Assembly (NCBI GenBank): GCA_951406725.2
Contig: OX597826.1
Span: 16,802,001-16,866,000, forward strand
Reading direction: 5' to 3'
Source: Octopus vulgaris
Lineage: Eukaryota
Length of the DNA: 64,000 bases
Shown here: in pieces, positions 12,160-26,202 of the stretch
Layout of the letters: each line of letters begins with the position of its first letter
Position numbering within the stretch: position 1 is the stretch's first letter
The notes under the pieces: model-generated
What the model was told of the DNA's origin: nothing
Database searches by the model: none
The model's input: only the letters and a program-made list of their open reading frames with translations
Program-made: the position numbers and the translations under genes

Positions 12160-13100
12160 TCCCGTGCTAAAATATAATATTTATTATTAATAAACTTAAT
12201 TGATTTCTGTACTCCCGTACTGTTTGTTAATACGTTACAGCTTTCCCAGATAAAGATTTCTTGCATATACACATGATTACAAATTTGGGGTAGAGGTACT
12301 TCCGATTAAAATGATACCATTATGCATCTACAATCAATTGTTTTATAAACGCAAGGATGAATTTAAATACGGTCGTGGTTGTCTACTGGAAGAAATTTAA
12401 GCAGACCAGCAACGACTCTTCCAAACACCCCTTTTCATGGCACTAAATTTATACTAATATTTACTATGGAATAATATAAGTTTCATGTTTACATGCGATT
12501 CAATGTATTTAAAGAAATTAGAAACTCATCATCCCACAGATAACATAGACAGCAGCGTTCTATTAGTAATTCTCAGCAGTATTACTCATTAGAAATGCTT
12601 CCTTGTTCAGAGGAAATTAATTTCAATATTTCTTTTAACTGGATTAAAACTTTTGTAAATAGCTTCAGATAACTCTATTCAATTATCATTTAAAATTTTT
12701 TATCTTTAATATCTTAATTTTAATAAATCAATCAATATCCATTGAATTCCACTTCATTGGAACCTTACTTTCAATACTAAATATATTTCGTGTACCATAG
12801 CTGAGACTACGTTGCCACTTTAATATGAAAAATGCCAATACACGCATTTGTATTCAGATATTGTTTGAAAGATTCTATATAATCTCATTCAAACTGAACA
12901 GCCTTTGATTTAATCACTTGGATTCCTTTGTCTTTAATAAGTATGACGGGAACAACATTAAGCTATTTTTATTAACACGAAATGAATCTCAACTTATCCG
13001 ACGTTTCTTCTTTTGAATTCAAGGAAAATGGAGACTTGCATTTGATAACAGCCAAAATATCATGAGAAAATTGTCTCCAGTTATTACTTCTTGCTTATAT
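12160..13100 (-). mobile_element. Ancient hAT transposase fossil
   Basis: Minus remnants FISC....LNVV (CxxH-LNL motif), VPMKWNSM (TRWNS), VLIQLKEILKLISSE and GKA...RNQL (dimerisation domain), in the expected order. Many stops. Confidence 0.55.
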
Positions 13101-13289
13101 AAAACCGATTAAATATCGTTATTGTTTTCTATGCTGAGTGTCGAAAGGTCACGCAGTTATCAAGACGATGTTAATATAGAGTAAAGTTGAAGAACTGACG
13201 ATTATTTGTTTATATCTATAACAGTATAAATAACAGAATGCATTGGGAATTGCAAGTACAAAATGCTTGTAAAGTAGACAAATTAATGC

Positions 13290-13560
13290 AGTGTGAGGAA
13301 GACAAGACGAATGTTCTTGACGGGGAACTTCATCAGTATATCATGCAGAGTTCATTGAAAGTATTGAAACAGATATTGGATGCAATGAGATAATAGAGAA
13401 AAACAGACCTGAGTGAAGAGCAATAAAGGCCAAATGGGGTAGCATGTGGTAGGTGGAGATAATGAGGTGAAATTGAGGAGATAACACTCAAGCTAATTTT
13501 TAAATGTGGAAAATGGAGAAGCGGTAATTAGGACTGGCAGAAGCGAAAGCATCTACTGAA
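13290..13560 (+). mobile_element. RTE-like LINE RT fragment
   Basis: IMQSSLKVLKQILDAMR....TDLSEEQ resembles RTE LMSHxMKVLERILDxRIR...EEQxGF. Confidence 0.45.
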
Positions 13561-13689
13561 GGGAAAACAACTAAGCATCACACACACACACACACACACA
13601 CACACTGACATACGTGATATATGTGAGTGTGTGCATGTGTAAGTATGTATATGCATATGTACATACATATATATATATATATATACACA

Positions 13690-14700
13690 GGCATGCATAC
13701 ATATATACATACATACGTACATACAAACATTAATACATACATTCATACATACATACATTCATACATACATACATACATACACACATACAAACATACATAC
13801 ATACATTCATACATACATACATACATACATTCATACATACATACATACGTACATATATACATACATACATACAAACATACATACTTTCATACATACATAC
13901 ATACATACGTAGATTCATACATACATGTATACAAACATACATACATTCATACATACATACATACATTCATACATACAAACATACATACATTCATACATAT
14001 ATACATTCATACATACATACGTACATTCATACATACATACATACATACAAACATATATACATTCAAACATACATATATACATACATACATACATACATAC
14101 ATGCATTCATACATACATACATTCATGCATACATACATACATACATTCATATATACATACATACATTCATACATACATACATACATACATAAATGCATTC
14201 ATACATACATACATACATTCATGCATACATACATATCTAAATATACTAAAAGGCCCATATAATTTCCACATACATACATATATACATTCATACATACATA
14301 CATACAAACATACATACATACGTACATTCATACATACATACATACAAACATATATACATTCATACATACATACATAGATACATACATGCATTCATACATA
14401 CATACATACATTCATGCATACATACATACATACATACATTCACACATAAATACATGCATACATACAAACAGATATACAAACATACGTACATACATACATA
14501 CATACATACATTCATACATACATACATACATACATTTATACATACATACAAACATACATACATTCATACATACATGCATATATACATTCATACATACATA
14601 CATACATACATACATACATACATACATACATACATACATACATACATACATACATACATACATACATACATACATACATACATACATACATACATACTTA
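13690..14700. repeat. ~1-kb (CATA)n array with CATT/CAAA/CGTA variants
   Basis: Directly visible, with a short unique interruption at ~14236-14268. Confidence 0.97.
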
Positions 14701-14704
14701 CATA

Positions 14705-15750
14705 TAGTAATTAGACAAAATGATGGAAACCCCAGTTTTTACTTAACAATTTTTCTAATGGGAATATAGGAAATTCAAAATATGTTCCATTCTGAATATA
14801 TCTGCTCATATGCATTATGTGTGTCGTAGTTGATGACATAGCTCTGTTTTATATTTCGTAGTCATTTAAATTTAAGTAAGTTAAAATGCGTGATTTATCA
14901 GATTTCTAATGGGATAAATTTTTAGAGCGTGGACGGCGGGATATTCAGTCACTAAAATTGATAAAATATTTAATGTTTCGAGAGGCACTGTCTCAAAAAC
15001 TTTATTGACATGCCAAAAGTGTAGCCAAATTTGGCTATGGCAAGCATAATGTTGGACGGAAGGCAAAGGTTACAGAAATGAATCGCAGAATGATATAAAA
15101 TTATTTTGTCTAAAACCCAGCGAGTAAATGTGATAGCAGAACAAATATTCCACATTGCTAACTCCATGTCAAGAAAAAAACATTCCTCGTGAGTCCCAGA
15201 TATCATGGAAGTGCAAAAGCGATGAAGACATTGGCTATATCTTTCTCAAAACCAAGATTGGTTTCAGATTTTGGCTTAACTCCAGCAATTTGGTGGGGAG
15301 AGAAAAGTTGATTACATCGATTCCGGTTATCAACTGCTACTTATTTCATCGGCCCCGAGAGAATGAAAGCAAACTCGACCCCAGCGGCATTTGATCTTGG
15401 AACGTGTAATCAGAAGAAATGCCGCTAAGCATTTTGTTCGACGCGCTAACAATTTGATATAACTAAGGTTGTCGTGGATTTAAACAGCCACTATTGAGCA
15501 AAAATTGTCCAGAGAAGGCTGAGCTCTGTTGAATGAAAATTTGATTGTAGGATGAGTTGTGATTGGGGAATGTTGAAAAGAATTTTCATTGATTAAATTT
15601 GAGGTTGCGTTATTCAAGATTTATATTTCAATGTTGAAGTTTGTAAATCAGGTGCGCCTATTTAGATGTGCCAGCTTCAGGTCAATGACTTTTATTACAT
15701 GTACACAAAATGATGTACGTAGGAATAATGGGTATGATGGTCAGCATATG
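14705..15750 (+). mobile_element. Strongly decayed Tc1-like element related to 8335-9346
   Basis: TIR-like TTAGACAAAATGATGGAAAC, then AWTAGYSVTKIDKIFNVSRGTVSK (Tc1 N-terminal HTH). Right boundary is uncertain. Confidence 0.6.
15259..15452 (-). mobile_element. Family A SINE inserted in the Tc1 fossil
   Basis: GATTACATCGA..TACTTATTTCATCGGCCCCGAGAGAATGAAAG..GAAATGCCGCTAAGCATTTT. Confidence 0.8.
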
Positions 15751-16672
15751 TGTCACTATGTATAGGCGCTTGCTTCATTTCGATACTAATGGGAAATTTA
15801 CACTTTGAGACTGTGCAGGCGGAAGTGTTTAAAACTTTCCACTTAAGATTTTATTGAGGCGTGTCAATTTTTAAGTTATGACATTTTAAGGATTCACAAA
15901 ATAATAACAGTTGGTCGTAAGTTTTAGTTGGTCAGCAGCCTATTTTACTAGATATCGGTGTTGTTTTTAAATTGTTTGTTTTGTATGTTTGGCGGTCATT
16001 AGTAAAAACTACCATGGTGTTATTAGTATGAACATTTTTTTATCATTTGTTTCAATGTTCACAAAGGATGCAAGTAGGGATATATGTCGTTTGTCAGCAT
16101 ATCTCTCGCTAGGAGTTTATTATACTAGAAAGTATTTAATTACTATTTAAAAATTTTATACGTTGCGTTTCGAGAGAACTTTTTGAGCTACTTTTTATAA
16201 ATATTTATTTTATTCGTTTTGAATCGTTGGTATTTTATATATTACTTTTGGCCTGTGAATATATGAGAAGTATGCATCATATAATGTGTGTTTGTAATTT
16301 GGTATGGCAAAATGAATTAAAATATAATTAATTTTAAATTTTATTGATATTATATAAGTACAAAAATTCTATACCAATCAAATATCTATTTTGTGTTTTC
16401 TATTATTTTCTCCCCATACAGATAAACCTAAATGTATGACAGAAGTGTCAATGGAGACAACAAAATGGAATATGAAGCTTCGAAACTTTAGTAAAAGAGA
16501 GAAATCAAGTAAATATTGCCATTAATCTATTAACAATAATAACTTATTTTCTCTGCATTTTCACCTAATATCAGCCACAAGGAAAAACGTACGATGAACC
16601 AGGATATATAACTAGAGTGAGTAATAACACTTATACATACACATATTTACACACATGCATATATGCGTGTAT

Positions 16673-16728
<56 letters not shown>

Positions 16729-16859
16729 ATGAGATTTTAAAAGATGTTTATTTGTTTTACCGGTTTCACTTTTTAGAAAAAAATTGTCAAAAGTAACATG
16801 TAAAAATTTAGTTGTGTTAATTATTGGTTGTCACAAAATGCTACAATACATATATACAG

Positions 16860-18150
16860 TCTTTGGTAACAAGAACATGTTAAGAACATAAAAAATTCAT
16901 TAAAAAGTTCATTAAAAATTCATAAAAAGTTCATCAAAATATTTTAAAACTTTGTAAAATCCTAATCACTCTCTAAATGCGGTTAACAATTTCTTAATGT
17001 TTGATGCTCGTACATGTCTGATATATGATATAAGAATTTCCAAGGCATTAAGCTTTAAAAATGTTAAATTTAATCCATATTTAATTACAATGATTTCGGT
17101 AGATTTAGTATCATTTCTTGTTTAATCATTTCTATGGGAAGGTGTGTACATTTTTTTCATGATATATATTTCGAATAATCATATGCTACAAAGCAGGTAT
17201 GGCCTTTTTAGTATAGTATAGAAATATAATTTCTGTAGTTTTGCAGCAATCTTTATTCATCTGCACCCAATAACCTTTGGAAAAGAATAAGTTTTGCAAG
17301 TAAGTGTAATATCTTTAATTTCATTAATAGAGGTACTTTTCTAGGTTAATCCAGCATTTTCATTTATTTAATCTAATTCAAAGTGCACTGAAACACACCA
17401 TTGTGGATCTGCTAACGTACTGATAGTCAACAAAATATTCATCATAATAAAACAACTTCAAGCGTCATGCATATTTTTTTCTTCTCGATTTAACAGGCGT
17501 AACACTGAACTTAGACAAACAAGCAATCAATATCTATTTTTGAAAAGTGTATTGTATAATATAGTTGTTGTGGCTCATTCCCAATTTTTTTTGCGATTAA
17601 CTGATAGAAGCTTGTCCCATTTTTATTTATTTGCAATAATCTATTTACATCTTGGACGAAATTTGCCTAAACATCTATTTATCGTATTTGTCACATGCAA
17701 AATTAAGTACATTATCTCTTCAATTGTTTGTCGTCAAAGTTTTTTGTTCTTTCGTCTGTTTAATACAAAGCAACAATAGACACCACTGTCACAGTCCTAT
17801 TTCTTTATCGCTCAAAATTGCACTAACAATTTAACGCAAGCAGCTGACAGAAAAATCAAATCTATATCTGAACACATATTTTTTTTAATACTTAAAAACA
17901 AACAAAATGAATTGCCTGCGATATGTTATGCATAGACAATCCGTGTTTCATAAATGACCATTGTTATGAAACATATCCCCGCTGATAAGAAAATAATCTG
18001 CATGTGGAATTGATCCACTGTTTTTGAATTTTAAGCTGGTTAATATATACTAAATTTCAATGTAGCGCATTTAATAATATTGTGCAAGCGTGAATCGATT
18101 AAACGCCCTGGTATTGCAAACATTCGATATTTGCATTAATACAAAGAGAA
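16860..18150 (-). mobile_element. Ancient hAT transposase fossil
   Basis: Minus remnants VSVHF, KVIG....IAAK (TDNAAN region), GHTCFV (CFAH) and LLTAFRE*..YKVLKYFDE, in hAT order. Confidence 0.45.
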
Positions 18151-18723
18151 TGAGACAAAACTGCTGTCTCACGTCTAGAGTTTGTTGAAATGCATTATTA
18201 AGAATTATTTCTAATCATATTAGTAAAATACAGTGTGGTACAAGAGAAGTTGGACATTAATATTGTTTTCGTTCTGTATATTCTGCCAGACGCTATTATT
18301 TAGAACAAAAAGGAACCTGAGTAGTACACATTTATATCAATACGGCTGTGTAAGAATTCTTTTTTACACATTGACTGGTATGCACCCTTCATATACCGCC
18401 TGTATACATTTACTTTGCGTCGTGAATGCCGTTACAGATGGCAGAAAATTGTCTGTAACTATATGCAGTTTATTAAGTCTGATTAATTAAACGAGTTTCG
18501 TTCATTGTTGTTATGAAAGTATCAGCAGTATCTTAAACAAAATTACTAAAAATATTTTCACGTTATTGAATTAATTCAAATTTACTGCTTAGCATCAACT
18601 TAATTCAACTCACGTCATAGAATTATTTTCTCTTCCACTTCTACGTTTCATAAAATATGCACCAGTAATATAGTGAGTTGATAACCTTTTTATATCAATT
18701 AAAGTAAATGTTTTCATTTTATA

Positions 18724-19160
18724 GATGCTTTCATGGCCAGGCCTTGCCGTTAGATAAGTATGTTGGTACCGGATACACCACTGTGTCCCTTTTAACTGTC
18801 ACGTACGTTTACAATTAGCCCCGTTTCTTTTCTCTGCGCTGGCTAATTATTTTCGTGAAATTTCTCTATTTAATGAAACCGGATGCGTTGTTCCGCCTGG
18901 ATAAATCTTGATTTATCTCCAGCACAAACACTAGTGACATATGTCCCTATCATATTTTTTCCTCTCCATATTTCATCAGTATTATTCCTTCAGTCCACTG
19001 CATATTGAAAGCCTTTCCATATCAACATGTGCCGGTATTAGCAATCTATATTTTATTATTAGCAACAATTCACACCGTCGAAAGTTACATATACCAGCAT
19101 ATATTTACTCTTAAGGCTCTGTGGTAGAGAACACTAAAAAAAATGTATACCGATTCTCTA
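18724..19160 (-). pseudogene. Decayed RNase H1-like domain
   Basis: Ordered minus-strand remnants RIGIHFF, NFRRCELL (NxRAEL), IDC*Y (TDSxY), QW, HPVSLN (PVxN), KGHSGVSG and LAMKA. Several frameshifts. Confidence 0.5.
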
Positions 19161-19325
19161 ACATACAAATTTAATGAAAGATATATTTGTATTGGTATTG
19201 AAAAAGATGAGTTCATTTGAAGAAGTCAAAAGAAATTATAAAAAGAAAATGCAAAGCGTGGTCGTCTATATTTTTAAAAAAATGCTCTACAAGCAAAAGA
19301 AAGTGGGAACAAAAGCAGAGGGATA

Positions 19326-19327
<2 letters not shown>

Positions 19328-19389
<62 letters not shown>

Positions 19390-19399
19390 TGTAGTAGTT

Positions 19400-19445
<46 letters not shown>

Positions 19446-19500
19446 CTGTTGTTGTTGTTGTTGTAGTTGTAGTAGTAGTAGTAGTAGTAGTAGAGTAGTG

Positions 19501-19537
<37 letters not shown>

Positions 19538-19590
19538 CAGCAGCAGCAGCAGCAGTTGTTGTTATTGTTGCTGCTGCTGTTGCTGTTATA
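19328..19590. repeat. (GTA)n/(GTT)/(GCA)/(GCT) trinucleotide array
   Basis: Directly visible. Confidence 0.98.
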
Positions 19591-19959
19591 GTTTGCAGAA
19601 GCAGTATCGGTATCTCAAGTGTACACTACAAAGCAATGAAAGAATGAAATTTCTCCAAACTAACACAAGCACAAAAAAAAAATAACTTCATGTCTCTCAA
19701 AAATTAATTCTTAGGAGTTCGACTGGAAAGGGGACAGCTGTGATACATTGAAGATGTTCATTAATATGTTAACATGTAGTTTTCCTGCATAATGCGCATA
19801 CTTATCTTAAGAAACGATTCAGTAGTTTAGCTTTGTTCTACTTATAAACAGGTGGTCACATATTTTTATTATGTAGATTATTTTAACCTTTATTTACTTT
19901 CGTTTATTTAGCACAATACTAGAAGAAATATTATATTTGCCCGATTTAGTTTTCTTAAG

Positions 19960-22000
19960 TGATTTATAATCAAATCAGTTTAAGAGAAATATAATTCAAT
20001 TATCTAAACGAGAAAAATTATTAGTCAAGTTTAATAACAGAGGACTCAATTACTGTGGCTTCAGTCACCTGTGTATTGGTAATGAGTGCATTTATCAATT
20101 ACAGACAGTGGTGAAATAAAAAAAAAATAGTAGTTATTTCTGATTTTAATCCTTACTTATGGAAAGCAGATTGCAGTAAGGTGTTAAACAAAAAAGTAGT
20201 AAAGTGTGATTGGGAATGCTTCCATGAGTCAATTTCTGCTTCGTAGAAAGAAAACTAATATATATTTGCGTATTTAGTCTGAACTTACTTCTGTAGCACT
20301 ATTCCATAATAAAGAAACAAATAAATGTTATTTTGAATTCAGCATATCTATGAAAGAATAAAATACTCAAGCAATTACCCTTTCTCATTCAATAATAATT
20401 TTTTCAAGAAATATTAGAGAAATAAAGACTCTCATTTCAATAAAGAAAGCCATCATTTTTGCTGCATAATTCGTAGTTTACTAGAATGAAAACTATTTAT
20501 TGTTCCGAGTTTTACACTAGCTAGAATACTTAATAATATGATATGCACCGCTGATAAACACATCACAATATGATTTAATATAGATTAATTACGGCTATCA
20601 AATTGCAAGAAATTACAAATATTCTAAAATACTACTCCTACCGTCTAATTGTACTGAAATATACACTGTAAATTAATAGTAAATATAACGACTGAATGAT
20701 GGTGTTGCACACGAACGTATATTTTCCTAACAGATCCGAACGATGTCAAAGAACAATAAATCCATGAAACCGATTCTCAAACACCTACAAATTTAAGTGT
20801 CATACAAATTCCAAAAAAGATCCAAAGAAACAATAACAATAAGAGTCATTTACAAATAATTCAGGAAAATATATTACTGAGGCTAAGCAACGAAGCCAGT
20901 AATGATCAACACAGGAAACACTGTTGTTATCTCCCTTACCAATATCACAAATTCGCACAGAAAATACTTTAAAAAGTGCTTTAAAATGCTTTGTAAACAC
21001 GAGACCAAAATTTCCAAACTTATGCAATTGAACAAGATAGCAATGAAGCACAACTGCATACGTGGATAGTGTCGCGTTCACATTCGCCTATTAATCTTCA
21101 GATACTGCTGCATAAATACAATCATTTATAAATCATTTGGAAATGTGGTTCCACAAGAGACGTACCTCTCCCAAAATTATTCCCTTTTCCATCAGGGACA
21201 CAACGGAATATCGGCATACCGAACCATTATTAGCATCACCAGAAACATATACCAGCACGCACAAAAAAGATAAAGTACTAGGGGTTACATGCATCGTTTC
21301 CAAAATATTCATTATGCAAATAGACGTAGTAATGCCGACAGTTTATGTAAATATATCACATAATCCATATTGTATGATTGAACTATTAATGTTTTTTGAA
21401 TATTTACAGTGCTTTGTCCAGAAACCATAATAACTCACCAAGCAGATTTAAATTCAACATTTGAAGTGAGTAATTTAGATTAAAGCATTTCTATTCACCC
21501 GTTTCGTTTTATTACATCTACTGTATTAGACTTTATAGGAAACAGAAATTATATATTATAAGATTTTTATGTCTACATTACTAAGACTCTTTCGGTCTAT
21601 TGATATATGTTTTATTCTTTAAGACCCTATCTGTCTCCTTTCTCTTCATCATTGTTTAGCTAACTATTTCACTGAGTTTTAATAATGATTCTCACATTCT
21701 AATCAGTTTTCAGTTAGTTTTCTTTCTGAATTTAATTCGAGTTGGTGGTGACAGTGAAAAAAGTATCACCCCACTTAGCAAGCTCACTTGAGGAACATAA
21801 ACCAAATACATCAGGCAGGCGCAGTGTTAACTAGCTTGAATATTGGTTGTTAACCCGCTTAGTAATAAACCATGTCGTTAAATAGGATAATTTTATTATC
21901 TAGCTTACAATTTGACAACTCGTTATTTGTAAAGAAACATTAGATTTAACACGTTTCTAAGCATAACAGACCAATGTAAATGCGTTGCTTTGATACCTTT
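19960..22000 (-). mobile_element. Probable ancient hAT (ZBED-like) transposase fossil
   Basis: Weak ordered remnants IIQYGL...VGITT, SCG.H...INDCI and SWKHSQSHF. Confidence 0.35.
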
Positions 22001-23369
22001 GAATATTAAATTGCAAGAAATAACTAAATAATTCTCTAGATTCCACTTAAAGCTTATCCTTGGAAAGACATGATTTAAGCTTACAATCATATCTACTGTA
22101 ATTCTTAATCAATTTGCAGTTATCTTGCGGAACAGACTCTCTGGGTTCTCGAATTATGATGCGGCGTTCACCACTCCAAGATTGTAAAATGTTTTTATGC
22201 TTATTCCAATATATTCAGTTCCTTGTCATGTAACGTCAAATCATAAAGCTTTAGAAGCTACAGTGCAAATTGTGAGAAGTGGCAGCATTTATTTCTAAGA
22301 AACTTCTCAAGTAAAGGATTGGGTTATCTGTACAAATCACAATTATGAATAAAGCTTAGCTATCAGCATAAACCATGTATAATATCTATATTCAAGAGTA
22401 TAAACATGCCATTGTTTTCTTGTAATTTAAACGCAAACATATTATTGAATATTATTAATTCATAACAGAATATCACAATTTGGCGATATTCTGTTTCAAA
22501 GAATCATTTACCACTTTCTCTGATATATTCAAGCATTTTGTAATGTCGGAAAGCAAAATGCAGACATTTAGAAATATATCAATCGACACACATATATAAC
22601 AGTAGATCAGTTTAGAATAATATTTCCTGGATGTTTCAAAGTATCTCTTTTAAAGCGTCTTCTATAAATTTTAATTGCAGCTAATAGTGATTTTTATTTA
22701 TAGCAAACAAAAACAAAGAAATAACCACTTACCATAATAATCAAAAGAATAGATTCTTAGACGCCTGCAACAGAATATAAACCAAGAAGTAATGTGCATA
22801 AAATAGGTACCAAAGTCTCATCAAAGAGAAGAAGACTGAGAAAATGATAAGATATAACATTCCAAACCAGAATATTTCACGTGACTCTTTGAGGAGGCTT
22901 AAAAATAGGAAGTTCTGATTCTCAACATTATTAATCTCTGGCATCAACAAATTTCTATATGAACTCTGTAATTTATGTTCAGTATTTGATTTTGTACCTA
23001 AATCCGAGTATATCTGTGAGCACGTGTGTTTATACATATATACACGCATATATATGAGCATATAGATATATGTGTAAATGTATCTGTGCTTCATTGTATA
23101 TTTTGCGGTAAAAAAAGGCATTTGCTCAAGCTGGAATAATAAAAAATATACAGTTATTGGAATAGTAAAACATTTACATAGGTACGTAGACAGACATATA
23201 CAGGTTTAATGATATATGACTATATATTTGTTCAGTTCAACCAACAATTACAACTTAACTTGACTTTTAATGAAGATAATTTGAGGAAAATTTTATATTT
23301 CATTGAATCAAAAGATCAGCCGTAAGGCCAATCGTAGGACACTACTTAAATTTAATTCTATATACATAT

Positions 23370-23631
23370 AAGGGCCGGTTTTTTTATTTCATTGTTGTAA
23401 AGGTTCCCCACCTGAACGGGACGCCGGTCCGTCTCAGGTGAGTTGCTAGATGCAGGGGGAAATATATAAAGGTGTGGCGAAAGAGTCAGTAGACGTCTGT
23501 CATTACATTCTACCAGAGCCACGTGGAGCTTGGGTGTTTCTCACATAAACACACATCGCCCGGTCTAAGATTCAAACCCGCGATCCCTCGACCGCGATTC
23601 CGTTGCTCTAACCACTAGGCCATATTCCTCC
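23370..23631 (-). mobile_element. tRNA-derived SINE, family D (tRNA-Arg-like head)
   Basis: Head GGAGGAATATGGCCTAGTGGTTAGAGC...TCG...GGGTTTGAATC followed by a non-tRNA body (GGACCGGCGTCCCGTTCAGG). Confidence 0.75.
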
Positions 23632-23634
23632 ACG

Positions 23635-23689
<55 letters not shown>

Positions 23690-23985
23690 CACTTTGGTTT
23701 TGTGTGTGTACATATGTATACGTATAAGTACGTTTATATGTAGGTAAATGGATACGAATTTAAACAGATAGACATATAGAAGGATAGGCTCATGAGTAAT
23801 ATGAACAGACAAGCACACATACACACATGCTTACGCAAATGAAGACTGAAACACGTGACCATATACGCACTCACTTCACTTCACACAAGGAGACAGAGGT
23901 ACACACACACATGCAAACACACACGCATACATAAAAACACAGAAACATATGAACATGCAGAATACATACATACAAACGTACACGC

Positions 23986-24061
<76 letters not shown>

Positions 24062-25127
24062 TATATATACATACATACGCAAACACACACACACATACAA
24101 GCATACACAGTTATATGCGTACATACATATGTATGCGCGCACACACTGACCCAAATATATGCGCACAAACAAACAAAAAGTACGCAGCTCGGATAACGGA
24201 CAGAGTCAACCACTATTGAATAGGTTGCAAGACGCAACGAAAATTTTAGGAAAAATTAATAAGTAAATGAGTGGAAACTTTACCGGTGCGTGTATTAAAT
24301 AATAAGCCACTAAAAGCGAATGACTATCTTCAGACACAACAGTATGTGTGTGTATGAGTGTGTATCTGAAGCAATGAGTTATTAATTAAGAATACAAACT
24401 AATATTTGTGATGAACATCGTCAAGATTTTACATTTAGTTATTTTCAATATATTATTAAAGTGTTACTCGTAATTAATTTCAAATATATATATAGCTGCT
24501 TTAAAAGCAAATTCACGAACGTTGACATTTTGGACTTTTACGGTAACCTCTAAAACCAATAACACAGTAGAAAAGATTTTTTACAAATCTAATAACAATT
24601 GTCACTTTGTAGCAATACGCAATAATCGCATCAAAAATAGAAAGTGTCTTCAAAGCAGTCATTGTTCTTTGATGTTGGCAATTTTTATTCAGTAGCCTGG
24701 GCAAGATACCAGGATGATAATCCTTGCTGTAAATTTTAGAGTAGCAATCTATCATCCTCAGAGTAAATTCTATAATGTGTGGCCGTTCAATGGCATAAAT
24801 ATTACTTCTTTATTTCTGAAGCAATATATTGCTTTAATGAGTTTTGAATAAATTGTGATAAAAATTTATTTTGATTTTTCTATGCACAATGTCTATAAAA
24901 GTAAGGCATATGTCTATTTGTAAAATTAGTTCTTGCATCGAAAATTGAAACTCTGGTTGTACGAAGAATTATTACTATTTATTATTAAAGTTATAATTGC
25001 AAAAAAAAAAAAAGATGGTTATATATAATTAGTTCATCATACACTGAAGATGCTTCAATAACATTTTACTTTTTCTATTAATATTGAAAAACAATATTGT
25101 GGTTGAGTCAATATTTTCTAAAAGTTA

Positions 25128-25345
25128 AGGCGGCAGGTTCGCAGACACCGTTACCGCGTTCGGCATAATGTACAGCAGCTTTTCGTCCGTCTCTACGTTC
25201 TGAGTTCGAATCCTGCCGAGGTCGACTTTACTTTACTTTTCATACTTTCAGGTTCCATGAAATAACTAACACTTCGACACTGGGTCGATGTAATCGACTT
25301 CTGCGCTCGCACGAAATTGCTGGCCTTGTGCCAAAACTTGAAAGT
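25128..25345 (+). mobile_element. Family A SINE
   Basis: AGGCGGCAGG..CGTTCTGAGTTCGAATCCTGCCGAGGTCGACTTT..GGCCTTGTGCC. Confidence 0.85.
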
Positions 25346-25364
25346 AATGTTATTTCAAACGTTA

Positions 25365-25575
25365 AAGCGGTGAGCTGGCAGAATCGTTAGCACGCCGGGC
25401 AAAATACTTGGCAGCGTTTCGTCCGTCTTTACGATCAGAGTTCAAATTCCACCGCTGTCGAATTTGTCTTTCATCCTTTCATGTCGATCAAATAAGGACC
25501 TTTTGAACCTTGAGGTCGATGTAATTGATTTACCCCTTCCCCCAAAATTGTTGACCTTGTACCAGATTATGAAAC
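25365..25575 (+). mobile_element. Family A SINE, head-to-tail with the previous copy
   Basis: GCGGTGAGCTGGCAGAATCGTTAGC..GAGTTCAAATTCC..CTTTCATCCTTTC. Degenerate direct repeats (ATATTTTCTAAAAGT / ATATTTTCCTAAATGT) flank the pair. Confidence 0.85.
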
Positions 25576-26054
25576 AAATATTTTCCTAAATGTCTTCTCA
25601 CATTTAATTATCGCTTTTATTAGATTGTAAGAACTCGCCGATACAGTGAATATTTTAAAGATAAAAGGAATTTGCCATTTAGAGAGTACTTCACATATAC
25701 GTGTATGTGTATGTATAATCAAATAGACACACACACATACATACATACATTCACACACACACACATTTATATATATAATATAAATAATATATAAATATAT
25801 GCATATATACATATATGTACATTCCTACATACATATGTATATATTCATGCATATATGGGTATGCATGTATATATACATATATATGTAGGTATGTACATAT
25901 ATGTACGTATATATGCATATATTTATATATTATTTATATTCTATGTATATGTATATATATGTATGTGTATGTATGTATGTATGTATGTATGGATGTGTGT
26001 GTGTGTGTGAGGTGTGTGTAATACATATAATATGTGATAATTATTCTGTTACCA

Positions 26055-26117
26055 TAATAAAACTCCGAGTTTCGGATGTCGGGGCGGAAAACTGCTCCGG
26101 TATCTCGTCAGTTATTA
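26055..26117 (-). ncRNA. Putative minimal type I hammerhead ribozyme (left arm of palindrome)
   Basis: TAATAA-CTGACGA-[GATACCGG..CCGACATCC]-GAA-ACTC-G-GAGT-T-TTATTA. Both core motifs and stems I-III can be drawn. Confidence 0.65.
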
Positions 26118-26139
26118 AGACAAACAAAAATGCTTGTCT

Positions 26140-26202
26140 TAATAACTGACGAGATGCCGGTGCAGTTTTCCGCCCCGATATCAGAAACTCGGAGTTTTAT
26201 TA
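26140..26202 (+). ncRNA. Putative minimal type I hammerhead ribozyme (right arm of palindrome)
   Basis: TAATAA-CTGACGA-[GATGCCGG..CCGATATCA]-GAA-ACTC-G-GAGT-T-TTATTA. Confidence 0.6.

Noticed and set aside
13528-14769. Long His/Thr/Tyr/Ile or Met/Tyr/Val/Cys ORFs (also near 10708, 23855, 36351, 46084, 51123)
   Set aside because: These are translations of stop-poor microsatellites.
16752-16780. GAAACCGGTA hammerhead half on the minus strand
   Set aside because: No CUGANGA and no stem II.
18711-18770. Possible host exon after a TTTTCATTTTATAG acceptor
   Set aside because: No convincing coding frame or partner exons; better explained by the minus-strand RNase H-like fossil.
23555-23631. tRNA-Arg gene (likewise a tRNA at 11210)
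   Set aside because: No proper acceptor stem or terminator, and it continues into a SINE body.
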